The translations under genes were made by a program, and so were the position numbers. Shown here one piece after another: positions 1 to 14,530 of a stretch of 64,000 bases of DNA. The first letter of the stretch is position 1. Each line of letters opens with the position of its first letter. Source of the stretch: Octopus vulgaris (taxonomy: Eukaryota); contig OX597824.1 in the NCBI GenBank assembly GCA_951406725.2, positions 36,766,001 to 36,830,000 on the forward strand, read 5' to 3'. The notes beneath the pieces are model-generated. The model searched no databases. It saw only the letters and a list, made by a program, of their open reading frames with translations, and was not told where the DNA came from.

Positions 1-1180
1 GGTATTATCCATAGGATTAAACTTCTCACCTGATCAACCAGAAGGAAGATTTTTACAGAGAGACTTTTATTCCATCTGTACATTCTGATAAACAATAGTA
101 CTACTTGAATGCAATAAAGTTAATTCCTTAAACCAAGTTATGACTGAATGAATTTTACCAAAGATAGAATTGTTGAATAGAGTGGCATATTGGGATACCC
201 CAGCTACAAAAGAGAACTATGGTGTTTTATTGTGGTACTAGTACCAAAGATGTCTTGTTGGACTCAAAAAGCCATTGACTGGTTGCCAGTACTTCAAATG
301 GACAGCCTTTGCAGCAACCATTGATGTTAAACAGTAGAGTGTTGTAATGCTTCCTTGATAAGTTCAATGATTGAATCTTCATGGTACTGAAGGAGACAAG
401 ATTAGCAAGATCCTATTGGAGGATTTTATTTTTTATGGTACTGTTCATGGAATTGGTGCAGATTTGGTATGAAGCATAGAGGTTGCATGAGGATAACACT
501 TGACTGCATAAGGTTAGGGAGGGATGAAGTATGGTAGCATCTGGAGTAGGATTAGCTGTTGTTGAAGGAGATAGGAAGAACATTTTAAATGGATAGGAAG
601 AACATTTTAAATTTTGGAACTTAGAGCACATAAAACTTGATATAGTGAGTGTCGGAAAAAAAACTCCCTTGGTATATTATACACTGTGATGATGTAATTT
701 GACATGAAGTGAAGCAGTCTAAGAGGTGAGAGCCAGAGAGGAGGCCATAGACAACATCAGCATGTGTAAGTATGACAGCTAAAGAGAGTTGTGGGCTCTG
801 AAGTCACCAACAGTAATGACTTCAGAGAAGGGTGAGGGCAATAAATGTCTTTGAGATGGGAAGGGATATCATCAAAGTGTTGTTGGTATTAGAAAGAATT
901 TGTAGAATGGTAGAGGAATCACATATATCAAGATGAATGGAGGGGAAGGAGACTTTGAACAAGAGTATAGTTGCTAATGAGGGCATAAAATCTAGAGATA
1001 TGCAGACACCACCTTTCAGAGAGTAGAGATGGATTAGATATAATGTGCAAGAGATTTATAATCCAAAGAAAAATAGGATGTGTGGAGCCTTGGCTGGAGC
1101 ACAGTCTACAGACATCAGAGAAGGCAGAGGAGAATTGCTTACCAATTTTAGTATTATCTTTTGATATCAAGGGAAATGCA
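1..1180 (-). mobile_element. Decayed CR1/L2-group LINE ORF2 fragment (APE endonuclease region)
   Basis: Minus-strand translation gives LKGGVC (~1000-1025), FLYHSTNS and PFSEVITVGDFRAHNS (~790-835, GDFNAH motif) in the expected order, with stops and frameshifts. Confidence 0.7.
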
Positions 1181-2409
1181 AAAGGTACCAGTACACCATG
1201 AGGTTATTACCATTATATCCATATTACATGCCATTTCTATTTTAAGCTACATGAGCTTACAAAGGAAGCTTCTATGTGGTCACTCAACATTGTAGAAATA
1301 GCAACCAAGTCTCTTGTGAATCACACTTTATTGCCTGAAAATACAGATGTCATCTTATATACACTAAGCCTAAAGAAAAGAGACCATATGATCATAGCTG
1401 AAACAACTTTAATCACAGGTCTACACAGTCTGGCTTGACCTAGGGTTAAATAACAACTTTCAGCTTCATTAAACACATTTTAATATTGCCTCTATCTAAT
1501 AAAAAAATTAAATTTCTCACATAGGGAGAAGGTCAGAAATTCAGGGAGAGTGGGAGGGGAAAAGGCAGTTAAATTGATCCCAGATTTTGACTGGTTCAAG
1601 TTATCAACTCTTGAAGGATAAAAGACAAAGTTGACTCCGGCAGGATTTGAAATTAAAGAGACAAGAACAAATTGTGTAAGGCATTTTATGTGATGCTCTA
1701 CCATTCCTGCCAATCTACAGCCCTTAAACACAACGACAAAGTTGATGGCAACAACAATGGTGACAGCAATGTGGAGATAGTAATGGTGGTGACGGCAATG
1801 TCAATGACTATGACGACGGTGACTATGATGACAATGACAGCAATGATGACAGCAAATGTGAGTGATGATAGATTTAGCATAAGTTGGAAAATAACAAGAA
1901 TCTAAAGGGTAGAGGAAGTTAAACATACTGTTGTATCATTATTAATACAAAATAAGAAGACACTACTATTTTCTTTTTTTTTGACAGTTTGCCTCAGTTG
2001 GTGTAGAAATACAACTGAAAATCAGTTATTGATTGATGCCAGGTGTTAGATCGAAGAAGTACAGACAGCGGAAATGATAATATAAGGAGAGGAATAAATA
2101 AATAACTAGAGAGATTAAAATCTGAGTAGATGCAGTAGATCTATTATAGTTATAAGCAAACAAGTCTAAGTTTAAACACTGCTATACACGAGAGATCTTA
2201 GTAAACAGCATACCTTACACTACAGATAGATGGTACTTTACAACAGTCTTTCTTACAATAATAATCTTCTTCTTAAAATATTAACTTAATATAGCATTTA
2301 GGTTATATATAATATACACTATGTTATATACACTATATTATATACACTATAGTATATACACTACATTATATATATTATATATGCTTTGCCAGTAACTGTG
2401 AATTGTTTC

Positions 2410-2886
2410 ACCCATAAGCATTTAAATTGGCCATATTTGGCCAAAATATTCTGCTTATTTTATGTTCAGACTGGCCATGTCCAACCTCTCACACCTATCC
2501 TACAATGTCATCCTAAAAATAAACAATTATATCTTTGAAATTTCACAGCTTTGAGATAATGTATGGCTAATTCAAAACCACATGAATAAATAAGCATTAT
2601 ATTTGACAGAGGTGGAGGCGTATGGCTTAGTGGTTAGGGTGTCAGCACCATGAGCGTAAGATTGTGGTTTTGATTCCTGAACCAGGCGACGCGTTGTGTT
2701 CTTGAGCAAAACACTTCATTTCACGTTGCTCCAGTTCACTCAGCTGGCAAAAATGAGTAATGCTGCGATGGACTGGCATCCCGTCCAGCTGGGGAAAACA
2801 TACGCCATAGAAACTGGTTAGGCTTTAAAAGGGCGCATTTATTTATTTATATTTATATTTGACAGAGTAATCTGAATGCTAAAGGG
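2410..2886. mobile_element. piggyBac-like MITE interrupted by a SINE
   Basis: Right end ...aatgctaaaggg|tta and degenerate left end cccataagcattt; the same terminal sequence recurs after TTAA at ~14460 (ccctttaacatacagattactctgtcaaa). Confidence 0.55.
2612..2852 (+). mobile_element. tRNA-derived SINE with 15-bp TSD
   Basis: A-box TGGCTTAGTGG, B-box-like TTTGATTCC, (ATTT)n tail; ttatatttgacagag duplicated at 2597-2611 and 2853-2867. Same family as 63448-63706. Confidence 0.85.
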
Positions 2887-3231
2887 TTATAAGGAATGAT
2901 AACTATATTGGAGTGACCAGCCTTTGAGGATCTGGAATGACCATGGATACAGTCTCTTCTGCCTGAACAACTTAATGAAAAAAAAAATATTCTTACTCTA
3001 CATACAGGACAGATCTTGTTGTACAGAAGTAAACAACAAACATATATTGAATGGACTTCATTGTATGAACATAAGAGATGTTACTCTGTAGGGTCGACAT
3101 TAGAATAGAGCAGAAACTTTATTCTACAGAATAAACTTCCTTATTGGTGTTAACTTACTCTCAGAAGTAACAAGCTTAAACAAAGATAAAAAACAAAACC
3201 TGCATTCCTAAACAAATTTGGATTGCATACA

Positions 3232-3965
3232 GGCATGAGCATGGCTGTGTGGAAAGAAGTTTGCTTCCCAACCATATGGTTCAAGGTTAATTCCCACTGT
3301 CTTCTACTATGGTCTTGGGTGAAACAAAGCCTTGTGAGGTGATTTAGGAAATGGAAACTGAAATAAGTTCATTCTGTGTATATATATCATCATCATTATT
3401 GTTTAACATCCGTTTTCCATGCTAGCATGGGTTGGACAGTTTGACTGGGGTCTGGGAAGCCAGGAGGCTGCGCCAGGCTCAGTCTGATCTGGCAGAGTTT
3501 CTACGGCTGGATGCCCTTCCTAACGCCAACCACTCCATGAGTGTAGTGGGTGCTTTTTACGTGCCACCGGCACAGGGGACAGAGGAGGCTGCCAAACAGC
3601 CACGATTGGTTGGTGCTTTTTACGTGTCACCAAAACGGACGCCAGTCAGGTGACGCTGGCATTAGCCACGTTTGATTGGTGCTTTTTATGTGCCAGTGGC
3701 ACAGGTATCATAATTACAATTTCCATATATATACACACACACACACGTATATGAGGTGTATGTGTGTGCGTGTGTGTGCATGTGTCTTTGTGTCTGTGTT
3801 TGTTCTGAACTGCTGCTTGACAACAAGTGTTGGTGTGTTTACATCCCCATAACTTAGTGGTTCAGTAAAACAGACCAGGCTTTAAAAAATAGGTACTAGG
3901 TTCAGTTCATTTGAATAAAAATTCTTTAATGTCTAATGACCGAAACAAGTAAAAGATAAAACATA
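3232..3965 (+). mobile_element. CORE-type tRNA SINE with a second repeat nested in its internal microsatellite (~3390-3720)
   Basis: Head and tail match the better-preserved copy at 40856-41256; the insert matches the ggatgcccttcctaacgccaaccac family seen many times in the window. Confidence 0.75.
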
Positions 3966-4309
3966 AGTGAAACAATCACAGCTCAGGTATACTACACTAA
4001 CCATAATAGTAACCATGATAGCCCAAAGATTCTATGGAAAGAATATTTATTTATTAAAGTGTGGATTAAAGGAAGTAATATTAGCTTTCTGATAAGGGCA
4101 GTGATCATTAGAACACAAGAGCAAAATGCTTAGTGGCATTTCATCAGTTTTTACGTTCTGAGTTCAAATTCCACCAAGGTCAACTTTGCCTTCCTCCTTT
4201 TTGATGTTGATAAAAGAAATACCAGTTGAGCACTGGAGCCAATGTAGTTAACTAATCCCATCCTCAGAATTGCTGGCCTTGAGCCAAAATTTGAAATCAA
4301 TATTAGCTT

Positions 4310-4710
4310 TCTTTTCTACTCTTGGCACAAGGCCCGAAATTTTGTGGGAGGGGACCAGTCGATTAGATCGACCCCAGTACTCAACTGGTACTTAATTTAT
4401 CAACCCTGAAAGGATGAAAGGAAAGGTCAACCTTGGTGGAATTTGAACTCAGAACATAAAGACAGACGAAATACCTATTTCTTTACTACCCACAAGGGGC
4501 TAAACACAGAAGGGACAAACAAGGACACACAAACGGATGAAGTCAATTATATCAACCTCAGTGTGTAACTAGTACTTATTTAATCAACCCTGAAAGGATG
4601 AAAGGCAAAGTCAACCTCATCAGAATTTGAACTCAGAACGTAACGGCAGATGAAATACCGTTAAGTATTTTTCCCAGCGTGCTAACGTTTCTGCCAGCTC
4701 GCTGCCCTTC
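4310..4710 (-). mobile_element. Two tandem copies of a short tRNA-derived SINE (MetaSINE-like central domain)
   Basis: Reverse complement of ...gactttgcctttcatcctttcggggtcgataaa..gtaccag occurs twice; matches 44302-44523. Confidence 0.75.
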
Positions 4711-4974
4711 AAAATTAGCTTTCTGATGCAGGTATGGTGTTGTGGTTAAGAAGTTCATACTGCAAGAATGGGTGTTCAGGTTCAATCCTATTGTATGGCA
4801 TCTGAAAAAAATATCTTTCACCATTGCCTTAGGTTGATCAATGCATTAGGACAGGGATTTGCAGGAGCAGGTACTTTGTAAAAGTTCATCGTGTGTGTGT
4901 GAGAGAGAGAGAGAGACCATTGTTTATCAACACAGATAGAAAAATGCAAAGCTGGAACATAAGGAATGAAATTC

Positions 4975-5380
4975 CAGGCATGGCTGTGTGGTAAGAAGCT
5001 CACTTCCTGACCACATGGTTCTGAGCTTAGTCCCACTACATGGTACCTTGGGCAAGCATCTTCTACTACAGCCTCAGGTCAACCAAAGCCTTGTAAGTGA
5101 AAGTGAAAGTAGCCGATCATGTGTGTGTACATGTGTGTACATGTGTGTACGTGTGTGTGTGTGTGTGCCACCACCACTTGACAACTAGTGTTGGTGTGTT
5201 TATGTCCTCCGTATTCTAGCAGCTCAGCAAAAGAGACCAAGAGAATGAGTACCAGGCTTTAAAAAAAAAACTGTAGTGGGGTCGATTCATTTGACTAAAA
5301 AATTTCTTCAATGAAATGCTCCAGAATGGCTGCAGTCTAATGATTGAAACAAGTAAAAGATAGGAGATAAAAAGATGATA
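4975..5380 (+). mobile_element. CORE-type tRNA SINE
   Basis: ggcatggctgtgtggtaagaag head, accttgggcaag CORE-like segment, TG microsatellite, gaaacaagtaaaaga tail. Confidence 0.8.
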
Positions 5381-5876
5381 CAGCAAACTGAAGACACACT
5401 CTCTTGCTCCATTCACTATCAGGAATCCAATGAACCAATGATTGGTCTGTTGGAATCTTGTACCCAATTATGTCCTGGTTCACCAATTACAAGACATAAA
5501 TGATATTCTGAAATCAATTATTGCAGAATCTTAGATGATCGATATTTTGTTTTATATATTGACTGAAGGAAACAATGTGTTTACAGTTAGTAGTAATGTT
5601 GTTTAGTTATTGATTAGTCAATAGACAAAGGCTCTCCAGATATGACCATCTTGTTTATTGCATATCATGAACTACATTATCAAATGTGTCCTTTATTTAA
5701 GATAGAAAAGTATGATTTCTTTTGGATTCGTTACTATTTCTAGCAAGTCAAAGACTCATAGAGGCATTCTTGTTGACTCATCAAAGTTCAGACAGATGTC
5801 TTGAATGAAAAAGCATAAGATGAAAAATGGTTCTAAAAGATTAAAAAACAAGAAATTAACCTATATATCCAGTGAA

Positions 5877-6515
5877 TGGAGGTGCAATGGTCCAGTGGTT
5901 AGGGCAGTGGACTCGCAGTTGTGGGATCACAGTTTCGATTCCCAGAGCAAGCCTTGTAAGTGTTTATTGAGCAAAAATACCTGAAGCTCCAAGAGGCTCT
6001 GACAGAAGATGGTGGCGAACCCTGCTGTACTCTTTCACCACAACTTTCTCTCATTCTTTCTTCCTGTTTCTGTTGTAGCTGTATTTCAAAGAGCCAGCCC
6101 TGTCACACAAAGTGTTATGCTGAATCTCCCCAAGAACTATGTCTGCAGAGTGCTCAACCACTTGCAATTTCATGAGCAGGCTGTTCCATTGATCGGAACA
6201 GGACTTATTCTTTGTAAGCCTAGTACTTATTCTATCGGTCTCTTTTGCTGAACCGCTAAGTTATGGGGATGTAAACACACCAGCATCAGTTGTCAAGCGA
6301 TGTTGGGGGGACAAACACCGACACACAAACATATACACATATATACCTGTATACGACAGGCATCTTTCAGTTTCCATTTACCAAATCCACTCACAAGGCT
6401 TTGGTCAGCCCGAGGCTACAGTAGAAGACACTTGCCCAAGGTGCCATGCAGTTGGACTGAGCCTGGAACCATGTGGTTTGTAAGCAAGCTACTTACCACA
6501 CAGCCACTCCTATGC
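5877..6515. mobile_element. SINE cluster: plus-strand tRNA-headed SINE (5877-~6200) abutting a minus-strand CORE-type SINE (~6200-6515)
   Basis: First part matches 27587-27908 and 49263-49368; second part is the reverse complement of the 40856 family. Confidence 0.75.
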
Positions 6516-8099
6516 CTATTTATAATTTGATAACATATACCACTACTAATTTCTTCTGCTTTGTACTTGGATATGTCAAGATTCTCCCAGATCTGAATTG
6601 AACAGTATAAAACATCATTTGTCTGTTATACAGTATCTCTACTTTAAAGGGCAAAGGTGTACTCTCTCTCTCTCTCTCTCTCTCTCTGGTACCTACGTAT
6701 GACATGTGAACCAAAACTATACAGTCACAGAGCACCAGAATTTGTTTTTGCTTTTTAGTGTTGTACCAGAAACCAAAGAGTATCCATTGCAACCACAGTC
6801 TAGTGTCTTTGGGTCACAATCTGAAATTCTCGCAATGGCAGTTCACTAAGACACACAAAAGTACAACGACGTCACTAAATCTTCTATTGGCCAGCATTTT
6901 AAAGTTAAACTTTGTTTGGGCCTGAAGAAAATTACTGGAATCTAGTAAATAAAATCAGAGCATTTAGTCAACAGGATTGCATGGTAATACCTAAAACTTA
7001 ATGAATGTAGCAGACAAGCAGAGCCATTAGCATGCCAAGCAAAATACTTAGCAACATTTCATTTGGAGTTCAAATTCTGTTGAAGTAACTTTACCTTTCA
7101 TTCTTTCAGGGTTGATTAAATAAGAACCAGGTGAGGACTGGGGTTGATGTAATCAACTAGTCCCCTCCCAAAATTGCTGGCCTTGTACCAAAACTCAAAA
7201 CCAATATCTAGAGCTTGATGATAATGATGATGATGCTTTATGAAGTAGTGAAACAATGCAAGATCAAAAGCTTAATAAAGGATCGAATGAAGGGACAAGA
7301 TATTGGCTGTGGGAAGTGTAGGATGAGGTAGGTGGGGGAGATAACTTCAAAAGAATGGAGAATATTATTTTGGCAATAACAGAATAAGCAAAGACAGGGA
7401 CATATAATAAATAATGAAGAGAATGATTGTAGACTATTAAGAATTAATGGGATTTTTTTTCGTTTCATTTATTCTTTTTACCCCTAAATATGTAACTTTT
7501 CTCTGGAACAATTTTCACATATTAATCACTGGAAAGCTTCACTTTTCCAAAGATGGGAATAATAATCCAAGGCCGGTTACATCCATATTTATTTTTGTAC
7601 TTAATTCATGTTCTGAGAAAAACATGAGTGCTATAATAGGATTCCTTAAGTGTGTGATTCTGTGTAAAAGTAAGAAATTGTTATTAATCTAAGGAATGTG
7701 AGTATGATGCTAAGGTAGGGCTCCATTCTAAATTTTTTTACTGATTTTAGATTTGTGTTTTTATGTTATGTTTTTAAAATAATCTAAAATAATTCAAAAT
7801 AAAAATATAGCAACAATTCTCTCAAATCACCAACACATCTTACCAACGACACTGTTTTACATGATTTTTGTCTTAGGATAACAAATGTTATTCCCTATTT
7901 GCTTACCCCTAGAAAGTATGAAAAATGGCTAATATTTCCTTCAAACTTTGCTTTTATTACATTTATTAAACCCTAAGGAATCCCTCTCAAAACATGGCTT
8001 TGATGCTCTCCCACTACCCTTGCTCATCATCAGAGATGCACATATTGTCAGCCACAAAGGAGCATGCTCAAGTGGTTAAGGGCAAATTATTATTGTTGC

Positions 8100-8154
<55 letters not shown>

Positions 8155-8155
8155 T

Positions 8156-8187
<32 letters not shown>

Positions 8188-9830
8188 ATGAAGGCAGCAA
8201 GCTGGCAGAATCCTTAGCACACTGGACAAAATGCTTAGCAGTGTTTCACCTGAGTTCAAATTCTGCTGAGGTCAACTTTACTCTTCATCCTTTCAGGGTC
8301 GATAAATTAAGTACCAGTTGCATACTGGGGTCAATCAAATCAACTGACCTCCCCCCCCAAAATTTTGGGCCTTGTGCCTAGAGTAGAAAAAAATATATTA
8401 AGTACCAGTTACATACTGGAGTCCTTATAATCGATTAGTAATACAGTTATCAGTCTAGAAGGTTGATGAAATTAATACCAGTAATATTCTGGAGTAAATC
8501 TAATCTATTATGCTAGATCCTTATGCTAGATATGATTAATATAGATTGGTATAGTGATAATTGATGCAGTTTTTCTTATGCATAGTTGAAGGATATCTTC
8601 ATTAGTCACAATTTGTTAATTACATCTTAGTTGCTATGATAATCCATCAAATAGATATAGCCTACTTTTATATAACTTCCTAGCTTGAAACCTATTCTTA
8701 ACGCTATCGCATGTAGCAGATTCTGAAGAAACCAACTAAATTTCTTCTGCCTTGAAAAACATACAGAAAAATAAACCATTCGATGAAAAGTTGCAGAATG
8801 TTTAAGTGCAAAAAGCAACAAAAATTCTGTTGATATTAGTAAAGTTGGCAAAAGATATTCCAATTCAGCTGATATGATGTGTTTAGTTGATTTGCTTGCG
8901 TTAATTTTTTTTCATCTTCTGCAGAATATGTTGAGCACAATACATTTAATTGTTTCTTACAAAAATCTATGATGAAGTGTTTTAGCAAAGTATTGATTTG
9001 TATCATACATCATATATTAACTCATAAATACATCGACGACAAGAATATATGTGATTCACACATGCTTGGAAACATATGATCATAGCAACAGATGATGCAG
9101 AGAGGATGGGGGTAGGGCATGCAAAATGATGTTATGTGAGACGTGTGTGTGTTTGTATGCTGTTATATGAGACATGTGTGTGTGTGTGTTTGTGTCTCCT
9201 GTATACAACAACTATGTGTTCATAATAAGTCAAACACATTCACAGAATAAAGATACACCATGCACACATACACATACATATACACAACATACATAAATAT
9301 GTACATGCATATACATAACATATATGCACAGGCATATACATGACACATATGTACATATATACACACAATATTTCAACATTGCTATCACCCTTATTAACAG
9401 AAGGAATTAGTTTTCATTGATTTCTTAGCTGAAATGTTTAGCAACTTTTATTAATAGCATCATTAATATTGGTTTGCCTTAGCTGGCACCCTATCCTATT
9501 TTCATTTTCTTTATGAACTTAAATTCTAAGCTTTGATCTCCTGCTTTCCAAACTTCTTTCATTTATACCTTCACCCCTAATATCACCTTTTCTTTCCAAT
9601 TCTGTAGATGCACAAGGTCCAAAAACTGTACTGAGTTGCCAACTGTTTCTCATAAGTCTCCAAGATGAGACCCTGTTATATACTGGTAGAATTGCCCTTC
9701 TCTCTGGCCAGTGGCTGTCACACTGTACAATCATCTACTACGTCGTAGAATGAGTATCACAGTTCTACAATGAACTGAAATATGACATAGTTAGGGAAGT
9801 AAGAGCTAATCCTAAATAAGAGATTAATTT

Positions 9831-9968
9831 TGTCATAAGGTCTTCTAGGGGATTAACTCTATCATAGGGTCTTCTAGGGGACTGACTCTATCATAAGGTC
9901 TTCTAAGGGATTAACGCTGTCATAAGGTCTTCTAGGGGAATTACACTATCGTAAAGTCTTCTAAGGTC
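9831..9968. repeat. 29-bp minisatellite, ~4.7 copies
   Basis: Unit tatcataaggtcttctaggggattaactc repeated head-to-tail with substitutions. Confidence 0.9.
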
Positions 9969-10867
9969 TTACAAGAAATCCTCAAAAACAAAGCAAAACA
10001 AAAATCTTTTCACACAAGACACTGCCAAAATATTTTCAGAAAATGAATATTTACTGAAACACACACACACACACATGAAAAATATAAATGTGCATTAAAT
10101 ATGTATGCATACACATGCATGCATGTATACACATTCACACTCACATACACATACAATCATACAATTTATAACGATGACATCGACAATGACAACAATGATG
10201 ATAATGACGACGATGATGATGATGAGAATGATGATGATGATGACGACGATGACACTGAGGATGATGGTGATAATGAGCATGAAATACAGTTGTTCCTCAG
10301 TTTACATAGTTGATTGGGTTTTGCGAGCCACCATTTGAACCAAAAATCATACATTTAAACAATTATTTATTGAAATGAATTTCATTAACAATGATTACCA
10401 CATGTGTATGTGCATGAGCATATATTATGTGTGTGTATGTATGCATGTGTGAGTATATGTGTCTGTGCGTGTGACTGCTGTAATATTGCATTTTTGCTTC
10501 TATCTGAATTCAAAGAGTGTCTTTCAACCATTTCCATAACTATAGTTCCATGCATGCGATGCATGTTTTAACATGAACGACAATCCAACAATAATTGAGA
10601 CTCAAATTTTTTCCCATTTCATATTTTTTTTTAATTGTTCTAACTATTATTTTGTTTTTAATAAACTGTCTCTGTCAGACAATTTCCACTTTGAAGCAGG
10701 TTTAATATAACTAATTACTTAATACTTTGATTATTTAAATAAATCAATTATTTAATATTTCAGTTATCATTTCTAAAATTGCCTTTATTGATATTTAAAA
10801 CCATATCATTCAATTTCAAAAAATATTTAATTAAATATTAAAAATTAACTCTAATAGAAGCATTAGT

Positions 10868-10903
10868 TTAGAGTGTGGTCTCCCATTCTTTTGAAGAAGT
10901 GAG
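10868..10903 (-). CDS. Candidate terminal coding exon (LTSSKEWETTL* if phase 0)
   Basis: Long pyrimidine tract ending ttttactttcag, short frame to TAA, then AT-rich unique sequence with a minus-strand AATAAA near 10784-10789. No homology recognised. Confidence 0.2.
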   Translation of the reverse strand, partial: LTSSKEWETTL

Positions 10904-11047
10904 CTGAAAGTAAAATGATAGGAAAATGCCAAAAGGAAATGAGAAAAACCAAGTGAGAATTCTGCAGATGTAAAGTGTAAAAATAAAGTAACAGAAACCA
11001 AAACCATGCAAACTGAGTTCCAAGCAAACCAAGGGACAACTGTATAT

Positions 11048-11114
<67 letters not shown>

Positions 11115-13266
11115 TTGATGGATGGTTTGCCATTTGTTTGCGAGATGCAGATTCAGTTATCTGATCTTCTGAATTACCTACCCTTGATTTAACATTTAAA
11201 TGACTAAATATTCCCCCAACATATCTACCCTCAACTCAACATGATTTTCTGGCAAAATCAGTATGGCACAATCATCACCATCATCATCATCATCGTTTAA
11301 CGTCCGTTCTCCATGCTAGCATGGGTTGGACAGATCAACCGGGGATCTGGGAAGCCAGAAGGCTGCACCAGGCTCCGGTCTTATCTGGCAATGTTTCTAC
11401 AGCTGGATGCCCTTCCTAACGCCAACCACAATATACATATACACACACATACGAACACATGCACACACACATACATACATGCACACCACATACACACAAA
11501 TATGTGTTTCTAAACCACAGTAAAAAGTCAAAAGAGTTATATCTATGTATGTATGTAAATAGAAATACATAAACATAAATGCACATATTTGTATTTTTCT
11601 ATACACTTATATCTACAAACACACACGTAGATATTATATTCATAATGAAGATTTTATATGGCAGCAAGATGCCAGGCAAAATGCTTAGCAGCAATTCATC
11701 TGTCTTTCCATTCAGGTTTCAAATTTTGCCAAGGTCAACTTAGCCTTTCATCCTTTCGGGGTCGATAAAATAAGTACCAGTTGAGCACTGGGGTTGGTGT
11801 AATCAACTTAGCCCCTCACCTCGAATTACTGACCTTGCGCTAAAATTTGAAACCAATACTAGTTATACATATAGGGTGGTGAGCTGGCAGAAACATTAGC
11901 ATGCCTAGCAAAATGCTAAACAGCATTTCATTTCATCCATCTTTATGAGTTCAAATTCTACCGTGGTCAAATTTGCCTTTCGCCCATTGCAAGTGATCAG
12001 ATTTCTGTGTCTGCTTTGGTATGATTTTTATGCCTGAAAGCCCCCACTTAACACCAGCCACCCCACAGAGTGGACTGAGTGCTTTTTATGTGGCACCAGC
12101 ACAGGTGAGGACAGTTTTGGCAGGGTTTTTACAGCTGGATGCCCTTCCAAATGCCAACCACTTTAAAAAGTGTGGACTGGATGCTTTCTGTGTCATACCA
12201 GCACTGGCAGGATCACCAAGCAACTTGTAAGACAAAGAACCTTTGAGAGGGGAGGTGGAGTTGGAGGAGGTGATCTTGTGTCAGATGATGAGAGGTTAGA
12301 GTGTGACAGAGAGACAGAGAGACAGAAACAGGTGTCTTGCTGTAGAGGAGATACAAGAACCTTTAAGAGAAGAGTGGGCATTGGAGGAGATGATCTTATG
12401 TCAGATGATGAAAGGTTAGAGTGTGATTTAGAGTGTGACAGAGACAGAGAGACAGAATTAGGTGTTATTAAAATATACATCAGATGAGTACTGGGGTCAA
12501 AATAATCAACTTACCCACTCCCCCAAAATTGCTGGTCTTGTGCCAAAATTTGAAACCATTATTAAGATTTTGTATGTTTTTAAGAAATAAACCATTACTT
12601 AAAATTAGCTGAATCATAAAAAGCAAACATTTATGTGATACAAACATACATTTGTACATTCCTCACTCTCTCTGCAACGACAGTGAAAGAAGTCAGTTGA
12701 ATTTCAGCATTCATGACGTTATATTAATTTCCTTGTGGAGTTTCACTGGTTGGGATTAAGAGCTTAATGCATTAGTATGTATATTAAGCTTAAAAAAACA
12801 TTGTAAGCCTAACACTGGAGAAGTCATTTCCTGAATTATAGACTGAATTCCTTGCATTGAATTAGCATTTTTATCATATAATGGAATTCATTTACATTTT
12901 ATACTCAATAATTAATATTCCAACTAAAAATAAAAGTTTTCTTATCTTCTGTCATTAGAATTGTTTATTAGACATTACAAGATTGTTGGTTTGTTATGAG
13001 TCACACTATAATAATTCTAGTAGAGACAATCATACATTTTTTTTTTGTTTGCTTTTATCTTACTCGTTTCAGTCAATAGACTGTGGCCATGCTTGGGCAC
13101 CACCTTGAAGAGTTTTTAGTCGAATGAATCGAATATTTTTTTATCTGGTACTTATTCTATTGGTCTCTTTCACCAAACTGATAAGTTATGGGGATATAAA
13201 CAAACCAACACTGATTGCCAAGTGCAGAGGTGGGGGACAAATACAGACACCAAAACACATATGCAA

Positions 13267-13327
<61 letters not shown>

Positions 13328-13379
13328 TACACACACACACACACACATATATATATAATAGAGAGAGAGAGAGAGAGAG

Positions 13380-13575
13380 TTAATCCAAACATGAAAACAC
13401 AACAATGCAAGGACATGGAACAAGTATAGTATTATTGGACAATCAGGAAAGGAAAGAAAGAAGAAGGATTTAATGTTTCAAGCAGAGCTCTTCATCAGAA
13501 ACATAGAAAAAGGAAAGGCCCAAGGAAGGGAAGATGGAGAAAGAAAATTGCCAACGATACACACGCAGTCACATA
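13380..13575 (-). mobile_element. Penelope-like terminal-repeat fragment with minimal hammerhead core
   Basis: Minus strand tttCTGATGAagagctctgcttGAAAcattaaa at 13468-13502; close match to 54884-55093. Confidence 0.7.
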
Positions 13576-13610
13576 TTGGAGGAAGGGGCAGCCAAGCCAA
13601 ATTTCGGCAT

Positions 13611-13740
13611 ATTAAACGTAGTTCGTGGAGGAGATTGCGATCTAGCCAAAGTGCCAGATTAAACGTAATCCTTGGAAGAGGGGGCAGTCTAGCCAAAGTG
13701 CTGGATTAAACGTAGTCCGTGGAGGAGGGGGAAGTCTATA
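13611..13740. repeat. 47-bp tandem repeat, ~2.7 copies
   Basis: attaaacgta... recurs at 13611, 13658 and 13705. Confidence 0.85.
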
Positions 13741-14401
13741 TACATATATATATATATATATGTATACACACACAGAGACACATGATAGGGTTCTTTAAGT
13801 TTCCATCTACCACATCCACTCACAAGGCTTTGTGGTCAGCCTGAGGCTATAGTAAAAGACACTTGCCCAAGGTGCTACACAATGGAAATGAACACAGAAC
13901 CATGTGATTGGGAAGCCATGCCTTCTTACCACACAGCCACACCTGCATCTAGACAAGGTCACTATTCATTAACAATTTTGAAACTTTTTGATCTAGCAGA
14001 ATGACAACACTTCTTGTATGTAACTCATCACCTCCACAAGACATCAAATTCTATACTTTTAAGTTTTTATTCCATGTCTGTCACCTGTAGAGAAATCTCG
14101 TATCTGTCCATCTTCCTTTGTACACTCCAGATAATAAATATTAGAATTGTAAGTGTTGGAAACTGATTGTCAACATCATTAACCTCCTTTTCACTTTCAT
14201 TATTCATTGTCATATTTACAACTGATTTAGACATATCATTATCAGGTTTCAGCTGAAAGGTAGCTTTTTTTTTTGTTTTTTGTTGTTATGTAAAGACATC
14301 ATTAGCTCGAACCTTCTCTTTTGCCCTAGTTTCAGATCAGTTGACATTTTCATTTAACTGACACAGAGGAAATACCTGGCATAAGCTGAGGAATGTGTGT
14401 G

Positions 14402-14433
<32 letters not shown>

Positions 14434-14530
14434 CATGCATGTGCACATGTTATATTTAACCCTTTAACATACAGATTACTCTGTCAAATGTAATCCCTAT
14501 TTATTCACATTATTTTGAACAAATCATGTA

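Larger units (their letters stand above)
13055..13950 (-). mobile_element. CORE-type SINE split by a Penelope-like fragment
   Basis: SINE 3' half at ~13055-13255 and 5' half at ~13780-13950 flank microsatellite plus an insert. Confidence 0.75.

Noticed and set aside
6690-6925. Cys-containing frames and CRE/CCAAT-like motifs
   Set aside because: Stops in all frames over the interval, and the motifs are too short to be significant without data.
14070-14255. ~60-codon open minus-strand frame with a short hydrophobic stretch
   Set aside because: Weak acceptor preceded by A-rich sequence, hydrophobic run too short for a transmembrane helix, and no recognisable homology.
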